64,000 nt of DNA, taken from positions 1-64,000 of the forward strand of contig JBEBGD010000009.1 of assembly GCA_040081625.1 (NCBI GenBank), given 5' to 3'. The notes below the pieces were generated by a model, which made no database searches, was not told the origin of the DNA, and worked only from the letters and a program-made list of their open reading frames with translations. The position numbers and the translations under genes are program-made. Shown piece after piece: positions 58,313 to 64,000 of this stretch (positions within the stretch are counted from its first letter, which is position 1; the number at the start of each line of letters is the position of its first letter). Source of the stretch: Chthoniobacteraceae bacterium. GTDB taxonomy: Bacteria; Verrucomicrobiota; Verrucomicrobiia; Chthoniobacterales; Chthoniobacteraceae.

Positions 58313-60106
58313 ATGAAACACATCCTGACCGCAGCACTAGCATTCATCGGCTTGCTCCACGCGGAGGAGCCCGCGGTGCCGCCGGGCGCGGTTGCGCTGC
58401 TTCCGGTCACGGCATTGAAGCCGACGAACCCGAAGCCGGAGGAAGGCACGATCACACAAGCGGATGGCGTGTGGCGGCTCACGTCGCCGGGGAAGCTCGA
58501 GAAATCCTACAACCTCGCGGTGAGCCGCACCTTCACGCAGCCGATCGCGAAGGATCAGGTGTGCCTCTTCGTCATCAAGGCGCGCGCAGTGCAGAGCGAA
58601 CGCGCGGATGGAAAAGGCAAGCTCACCGCTGCGGTGCAGAACACGAAGGACTACGCGAGCGGAGTCTTGTGGCGGAATTGGGTCGTCGGCAAAGAATGGG
58701 AGACGACGTTCTTCGCCTTCCAGGCCGAGCATGAACTGCCGGGTGGCGTGGGCGTGGCGAAGCTGAACGCGGGCGAAGCGAAGCAGGTGATCGAGATCGC
58801 GGACTTCCAGGTGTATCGCTTTCCGGCCGGCTTCGATGTCTTCAAGGCGCCGCAGATGAAGAAGACCTACGGCGGGCGCGAACCCGATGCGCCGTGGCGT
58901 GAGGAAGCTGAGGAACGAATCGCGAAACTGCGCCGCGGCGAACTGCTCGTGCGCGTCGTCGATGCCGAAGGCAAGGCGGTCGCAGGCGCGAACGTGAAGG
59001 TCGCGATGAAGCGGCATCTGTTCGGCTTCGGCAGCGCGGTGGATCCGGTGATGCTTTCCGCGCTCGACACAGAACTCCCGTCCGACGACCAGCGAAAATA
59101 CCGCAGCACGACCGACGAGCTCTTCAGCCGCATCGTGCCGGAGAACGGGCTGCGCGTGAACCAGATCGACGTGGACGACGATCCCTCAAAACCGTGGGCG
59201 ACCGAGTATCAGCGCCGCAATCGCGCCGCCACGCTGTGGATGATGCAATGGGCGCAGGATCGGCGGATGAGCACGCGCGGGCATTACCTCGTGTGGTGCT
59301 ATCTCGAGGAATGGGCGCGCAAGATCGTGAAGGAGCGCGGAGTCGCCGGCCTGCTCGACGCCTACGACCGGCATTTCCGATTCGTGCTGCCCTTCTGCGC
59401 GCCCTACGTCGCCGAGTGGGACGCGCTCAATCATCCCGTCCCCTTCTACGAACCCGACGCGCTCTACAAGGTGATCGGCCCCGACTTCTACGCGGACATC
59501 TACAAAAAGATCCGCGCGCAAACCGACAAGCCGCTCTTCGTGAACGAAGACGCCTTCACAGCCGAGCGCGCCGACGGCTTCGAGAAGCACGTGCGCCGCA
59601 TGATCGAGCGCGGCGCCACGCCCGATGGCTGCGGCTTCCAAAGCCACTACCAGGACTACGAGCCGCCGGCACTCGACGAGATCTGGCAGATGTGGAATCG
59701 CCTCGGCGCGCTCGTGAAATACCTCACCGTCACCGAATACGATTTCCAATCGCTCGACGACGAACTGCACGCCGACCACATGCGCGACATGCTCACACTC
59801 GCGTTTTCGCATCCGCAGATGACCGGCTTCGTGATCTGGGGCTTTTGGGAAAAGCGGCACTGGAAGCCGACGGCGGCGATGTTCCGCGCCGACTGGTCCG
59901 AGCGGCCCGCGGTGAAAGTGTGGCGCGACCTCGTGAAGACGAAGTGGTGGACGAACGCCACGCTCACCAGCGATGCCGACGGGAAGGTGACGCTGCCCGC
60001 GTATTACGGTTCGTATGACATCACCATCGAGAAGGACGGCAAAACGAAGGCGCACGAAATCAAACACGTCACGAGCAGCGGCAGGCCGGTGCTGAAACTC
60101 GAATGA
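58313..60106 (+). CDS. GH10-fold glycoside hydrolase-like protein with N-terminal CBM-like domain
   Basis: Signal peptide; HLFGFGSA, PENGL, RGHYLVW, WDALNH, GFQSH, VTEYD, WGFW. Confidence 0.8.
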   Translation: MKHILTAALAFIGLLHAEEPAVPPGAVALLPVTALKPTNPKPEEGTITQADGVWRLTSPGKLEKSYNLAVSRTFTQPIAKDQVCLFVIKARAVQSERADGKGKLTAAVQNTKDYASGVLWRNWVVGKEWETTFFAFQAEHELPGGVGVAKLNAGEAKQVIEIADFQVYRFPAGFDVFKAPQMKKTYGGREPDAPWREEAEERIAKLRRGELLVRVVDAEGKAVAGANVKVAMKRHLFGFGSAVDPVMLSALDTELPSDDQRKYRSTTDELFSRIVPENGLRVNQIDVDDDPSKPWATEYQRRNRAATLWMMQWAQDRRMSTRGHYLVWCYLEEWARKIVKERGVAGLLDAYDRHFRFVLPFCAPYVAEWDALNHPVPFYEPDALYKVIGPDFYADIYKKIRAQTDKPLFVNEDAFTAERADGFEKHVRRMIERGATPDGCGFQSHYQDYEPPALDEIWQMWNRLGALVKYLTVTEYDFQSLDDELHADHMRDMLTLAFSHPQMTGFVIWGFWEKRHWKPTAAMFRADWSERPAVKVWRDLVKTKWWTNATLTSDADGKVTLPAYYGSYDITIEKDGKTKAHEIKHVTSSGRPVLKLE

Positions 60107-61029
60107 ACAATCTCCTCGCGATCGAGATCGGCGGCACGAAGACGCAGCTCTATGCCGGCACGGACCGCGGCGAGATCCTCGAGCGGCGGCGCTTTGCCGT
60201 GCGGCGCGACGCGGGTGGCGCGGGCATCCGCGAAGACCTCGCGAGTGCGCTGCCGGAGATGATCGAACGGTGGAAACCGGCAGCGATCGGCGTCGGCTAC
60301 GGCGGGCCGGTGGACTGGCGGAGCGGGCGCATCGTGAAGTCGCATCACGTCGCGGGCTGGGATGGATTTCCGTTTGGTGAATGGCTCGCGGAGCGCGCTG
60401 GCGTGCCGGTCTTTGTGGAGAACGACGCGAACGTCGCGTGCCTCGGCGAGGCGTTGCAAGGCGCGGGCCGCGGGTGCGATCCAGTCTTCTGGGTGAACAT
60501 CGGCAGCGGCGTCGGCGGCGGGCTCGTGAGCGGCGGGCGCATCTACCACGGCGCGACACCGGGCGAAGTCGAGATCGGCCACGTGCGGCTGGAGCGCGAC
60601 GGGACGATCGTCGAGGATCGTTGCTCGGGCTGGGGCGTGGATCGGGCGATCCGAACGGAAGTCGCCACGAACCCCGCGAGCGCGCTGGCGCAGATCGTCG
60701 GCGCGCATCCGATCGGCAGCGAAGCGAAGCACCTCGCACCGGCGCTCGCGCAGGGCTGCGCTGCGGCGGCGAAAGTTTTGGCGCACGCGACGCGGGAGCT
60801 GGCCTTCGCGCTCTCGCACGCTGTGCATCTGCTCCACCCGGAGGTCATCGTGGTCGGCGGCGGCATGTCGCTGCTCGGCGAGCCGCTGCGCGCCGAACTC
60901 GCGGAACACCTTCCGGGATTTCTGATGGACGCTTTCAAGCCCGGCCCGCGCGTCGCGCTCGCCGCGCTGCGCGAGGACGCGGTGCCGGTCGGCGCGCTTG
61001 CCCTTGCGGCGCAACGGCTCACGGCTTAA
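60103..61029 (+). CDS. ROK-family sugar kinase
   Basis: IEIGGTK, VENDAN, GSGVGGG, EIGH. Confidence 0.9.
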   Translation: MNNLLAIEIGGTKTQLYAGTDRGEILERRRFAVRRDAGGAGIREDLASALPEMIERWKPAAIGVGYGGPVDWRSGRIVKSHHVAGWDGFPFGEWLAERAGVPVFVENDANVACLGEALQGAGRGCDPVFWVNIGSGVGGGLVSGGRIYHGATPGEVEIGHVRLERDGTIVEDRCSGWGVDRAIRTEVATNPASALAQIVGAHPIGSEAKHLAPALAQGCAAAAKVLAHATRELAFALSHAVHLLHPEVIVVGGGMSLLGEPLRAELAEHLPGFLMDAFKPGPRVALAALREDAVPVGALALAAQRLTA

Positions 61030-61044
61030 GCGCACGCCTTTCCC

Positions 61045-61614
61045 ATGCAAGACTGGATCACCGAATATCTCGCCGCCCAAAATCGCGCCGTCGATTCCAT
61101 CAAGCCCGCCGACGTGGCCGCGCTCATCGACACGCTGCGTGCGGCGCACAAGGCCGACGCGCAAATCTTCGCCTGCGGCAATGGCGGCAACGCGGCGAAC
61201 ATGTCGCACTTCATCACCGACCTAGGAAAGAATTCGAGCGAGGCGATGGGCCGTCCGTTCCGCTGCCTGTCGATCAACGACAACGTGTCGTGGATGACGG
61301 CGATCGGGAACGACTACGCTTACGAGGACATCTTCTGGCGGCAGCTCCAGAATTATGCGCGGCCCGGCGACGTGCTCATCACCTCGAGCGTGAGCGGCAA
61401 CTCGCCGAACGTCGTGAAGGCGCTCGAGTGGGGAAAGACTCACGGCTTGAAAAGCATCGCGCTCGTCGGTGGAAAGCGCGGTCGCGCGGCGCAGGTCGCC
61501 GACCAGGTGCTCGTCGTCGAAGACACGCACTACGGCCGCGTCGAGGACGCGCAGATGCACGTGCTGCACATGCTCTGCTACGGCTTCGTCGAGCGGGCGG
61601 AAGCGCGCGCATAG
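61045..61614 (+). CDS. SIS-domain sugar-phosphate isomerase (GmhA-like)
   Basis: CGNGGNAA, TAIGNDY, PGDVLI, SVSGNSPNV, YGRVED. Confidence 0.85.
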   Translation: MQDWITEYLAAQNRAVDSIKPADVAALIDTLRAAHKADAQIFACGNGGNAANMSHFITDLGKNSSEAMGRPFRCLSINDNVSWMTAIGNDYAYEDIFWRQLQNYARPGDVLITSSVSGNSPNVVKALEWGKTHGLKSIALVGGKRGRAAQVADQVLVVEDTHYGRVEDAQMHVLHMLCYGFVERAEARA

Positions 61615-61688
61615 AGGCACGGCGGACGCGTGAACGCGGGTGGTGGGCGGCGGGTTTTCTGCTAACGGTTCGGGAGTTCCCCGCTGCC

Positions 61689-64000
61689 ATGCATTGGATC
61701 AAGATCCACGTCTTCCGCCCGCTCTGCGCGGCTTTGCTCCTCGTCGGAGCGGGCCCGGCACGCGCGGAGTTGGTGCATCGCTGGTCGTTCGATGAACCGG
61801 CGGGTGCCGTCGCTGCGGGCACCACATTCAGCGATTCGATCTCCGGCGCGCCCGCCACAGTCGTCGGGATCAATGCCTCCGCGAGCGGCGCTGCGCTAAC
61901 GCTGCCGGGCAGTACCTCGGCCGCGACGACGCCGGCCAATTCGATCCCGGCTTACCTCGATCTGCCGAATGGAATCATCTCGTCGAAAACGAACCTCACC
62001 GTCGAGATCTGGGCCACGCCGCTGGCGACCCGCAGCAATCAACACCTCTTCGATTTCGGGCGGATGAACATCGCCGGCATCGGCCCCGGCGCCGCCCCCG
62101 GTGAAGTGACCAACAACTCGACCACCGCGACCGGCACGACCACTCCGAGCGACAGTCTAAGCCTGAATATCTCGCGCGGGAACGTGCTGAACCAGAATCG
62201 GCTCTCGGGCCAGATCAACGGTGGCACCGCCGTGCAACTCGACACCACGCTGACCACGGCGACGGGCACGCAATATCAATACGTCGTCGTCTTCGCGGAC
62301 AACGGCGCGGGCGGAGGGCGGGCGAGCTGGTATCGCGATGGCGCGCTCATCGGCTCGATCGACCTCGCCTTCCGGCTCGCCGACATCGAGGACGTAAACA
62401 ACTGGCTCGGGCGGTCGCAAAACAGCGCGTTCTTCGTAGCGAACGTCGCCTACGACGAGGTGCGGATATACGATCACGCCTTCACGCCGGTCGAAGTCGC
62501 GTCGAGCCGGCTGCTCGGGCCGAACCCCGCGCTGCCTGTCGCCGCAGCCGACGCGATCACCATGCGGCACGGACAGAAGGCGGGTCTCGCTGTGCTTGCG
62601 AATGACACGAGCGAGGTCTCGGCGCGGGTGGTGCAGGCGCCGCTGTCCGGCACCGCCGTGGCGGTCTCGAATGGCCGCATCCTCTACACTCACACCTCCG
62701 GCGCGCCGGCGACGGACAGCTTCACTTATTGCGCTGTGAACGCCGCTGGCGAGTCGGAGACCACGGTGACGATCACGTTTGCCGCGAGCCTGCGTCTGCC
62801 GGGCCCGTGGACCGACGTGCCCGCCAATCCGCCGCCGACCACCTATCAGCAGGTCGATGCCTTCTCGCCAAATATCACCTTCACCGACCCTACGTGCCTC
62901 GCGACGCCGCCCGGTGAGACGGACCGCCTTTTCGTCTGCCAAAAGGGCGGGCTGCTCCGCGTCGTGCCGAGCATCTCGGCGACGCCGCCGACCGCGAGCA
63001 CGTTCATGAACCTCTCCGCGCTGCTAGCGTCGCGCGGCGAAGCGATCAGCACCACGAGCGAGCAAGGCCTGCTCGGCCTCGCCTTTCACCCGAACTACGC
63101 GGTGAACGGCTTTTTCTATCTCTTCTACTCCGTCACCGTCGGTAGTTCGGTCTATGAGCGCGTGTCGCGTTTCAACGCGGATGCGACGGATCCCAATCTC
63201 GCCGACACGACCTCGGAGCTGGTGCTCATCGAGCAGCGCGACGACGCGGGCAATCACAACGGCGGCGACCTGCACTTTGGCCCGGATGGCTATCTCTACG
63301 TTTCGCTCGGCGACGAGGGGAACCAGAACGACTCGCTGAACAACTCGCAGCGCATCACCAAGGACTTCCTCTCCGCGATCCTGCGCATCGACGTGGACAA
63401 GCGCCCCGGGAATCTCGAGCCCAACGCGAACCCGAACCCCGCGATCTATCCCACCAATCCTCCGCCGGACGCGGTCAAGCGCGACGCAGGCATCGCGCGA
63501 TACAGCATCCCGGCAGACAACCCGTTCGTGCCGCCGACGCCGGGCAACCCGCCCGGCCCGTGGAACGGCAACTTCAACGGCACGGCGATCCCGACCGCGG
63601 ACCTTCCCTATGTGCGCTCGGAGTTCTGGGCCGTCGGCTTCCGTAATCCGTGGCGCATGTCCTTCGATCCCGCGACCGGCGAGCTGTGGGTCGGCGATGT
63701 CGGCGGCGACGCGCGCGAGGAGGTGGATGTCGTCACGGCGGGGAAAAACTACGGCTGGGCTTATCGCGAGGGCTTCATCAACGGGCCGAAGTCCGCCTCG
63801 GCGCCCGCGAATTTCGACGCGGTCTATCACACGCGGCCCGTCTATGAATATCACCACACCGTCGCGACGGGCGATCCGAACTTCGAGGGCGACTCGGTCA
63901 CCGGCGGCGTGGTCTATCGCGGCTCTCGGCTCTCGAATCTCGTCGGCGCCTACATCTTTGCGGACCATGTCTCGGGCAACGTGTGGAGCCTGCGGCGCAA
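61689..64000 (+). CDS. Large secreted protein, 3' end beyond the window: LamG-like + Ig-like + glucose/sorbosone dehydrogenase-type propeller
   Basis: My translation: MHWIKIHVFRPLCAALLLVGAGPARA-ELVHRWSFDE...YLDLPNG...LTVEIW...LFDFG...NWLGRSQ, then VLAND/DSFTY, then EQGLLGLAFHP, NHNGGDLHFGPDGYLY, GFRNPWRMSFD. Absent from the ORF track, presumably because it has no stop in the window. Confidence 0.85.
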   Translation, partial: MHWIKIHVFRPLCAALLLVGAGPARAELVHRWSFDEPAGAVAAGTTFSDSISGAPATVVGINASASGAALTLPGSTSAATTPANSIPAYLDLPNGIISSKTNLTVEIWATPLATRSNQHLFDFGRMNIAGIGPGAAPGEVTNNSTTATGTTTPSDSLSLNISRGNVLNQNRLSGQINGGTAVQLDTTLTTATGTQYQYVVVFADNGAGGGRASWYRDGALIGSIDLAFRLADIEDVNNWLGRSQNSAFFVANVAYDEVRIYDHAFTPVEVASSRLLGPNPALPVAAADAITMRHGQKAGLAVLANDTSEVSARVVQAPLSGTAVAVSNGRILYTHTSGAPATDSFTYCAVNAAGESETTVTITFAASLRLPGPWTDVPANPPPTTYQQVDAFSPNITFTDPTCLATPPGETDRLFVCQKGGLLRVVPSISATPPTASTFMNLSALLASRGEAISTTSEQGLLGLAFHPNYAVNGFFYLFYSVTVGSSVYERVSRFNADATDPNLADTTSELVLIEQRDDAGNHNGGDLHFGPDGYLYVSLGDEGNQNDSLNNSQRITKDFLSAILRIDVDKRPGNLEPNANPNPAIYPTNPPPDAVKRDAGIARYSIPADNPFVPPTPGNPPGPWNGNFNGTAIPTADLPYVRSEFWAVGFRNPWRMSFDPATGELWVGDVGGDAREEVDVVTAGKNYGWAYREGFINGPKSASAPANFDAVYHTRPVYEYHHTVATGDPNFEGDSVTGGVVYRGSRLSNLVGAYIFADHVSGNVWSLRR

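Noticed and set aside
61045..61614. Gene symbol gmhA
   Set aside because: GmhA-like fold but divergent motifs (GNAANMSH, VEDAQ) and a catabolic context; left as an SIS isomerase.
1..64000. tRNA, rRNA, riboswitch, CRISPR, integrase or transposase
   Set aside because: None recognised by eye in the short intergenic regions; a covariance-model scan would be needed to exclude small RNAs.

Overview
GC-rich bacterial chromosomal window with dense, mostly intact genes. Two PVC-type CxxCH/HEAT dehydrogenase-like proteins, a DUF1080 protein, a BamB/PQQ-like propeller and short-period palindromic repeats suggest a Verrucomicrobiota (Chthoniobacter-like) genome; this taxonomy is inference. Housekeeping genes include recG, priA, glpKDF, hisI-trpE-trpG-folP-cdaA-glmM-bioD, ppaC, pgpA, dtd and a CoaB-like ligase. 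I found no rRNA, tRNA, CRISPR array, transposase or integrase. Main observations: (1) an 11-codon leader peptide with tandem His-His-Trp-Trp codons and a terminator upstream of hisI-trpE-trpG, a candidate dual His/Trp attenuator; (2) a rearranged dltD-dltC-dltX-dltA operon in an apparent diderm, with no dltB beside it; (3) a 55-aa membrane ORF missing from the ORF track, sitting between cdaA and glmM and resembling only the anchor of CdaR; (4) an uncharacterised terpenoid cluster (DUF116-polyprenyl synthase fusion, two prenyltransferase/squalene-cyclase-fold proteins, DCC protein) split by a phospholipid-synthesis triplet; (5) domains with substituted catalytic residues (REC-pseudokinase-FGE, membrane-anchored TIR with E>Q, GH10 with E>H); (6) palindromic and heptamer repeats, some translated in frame inside genes. 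All family assignments come from motif recognition by eye, not database searches.
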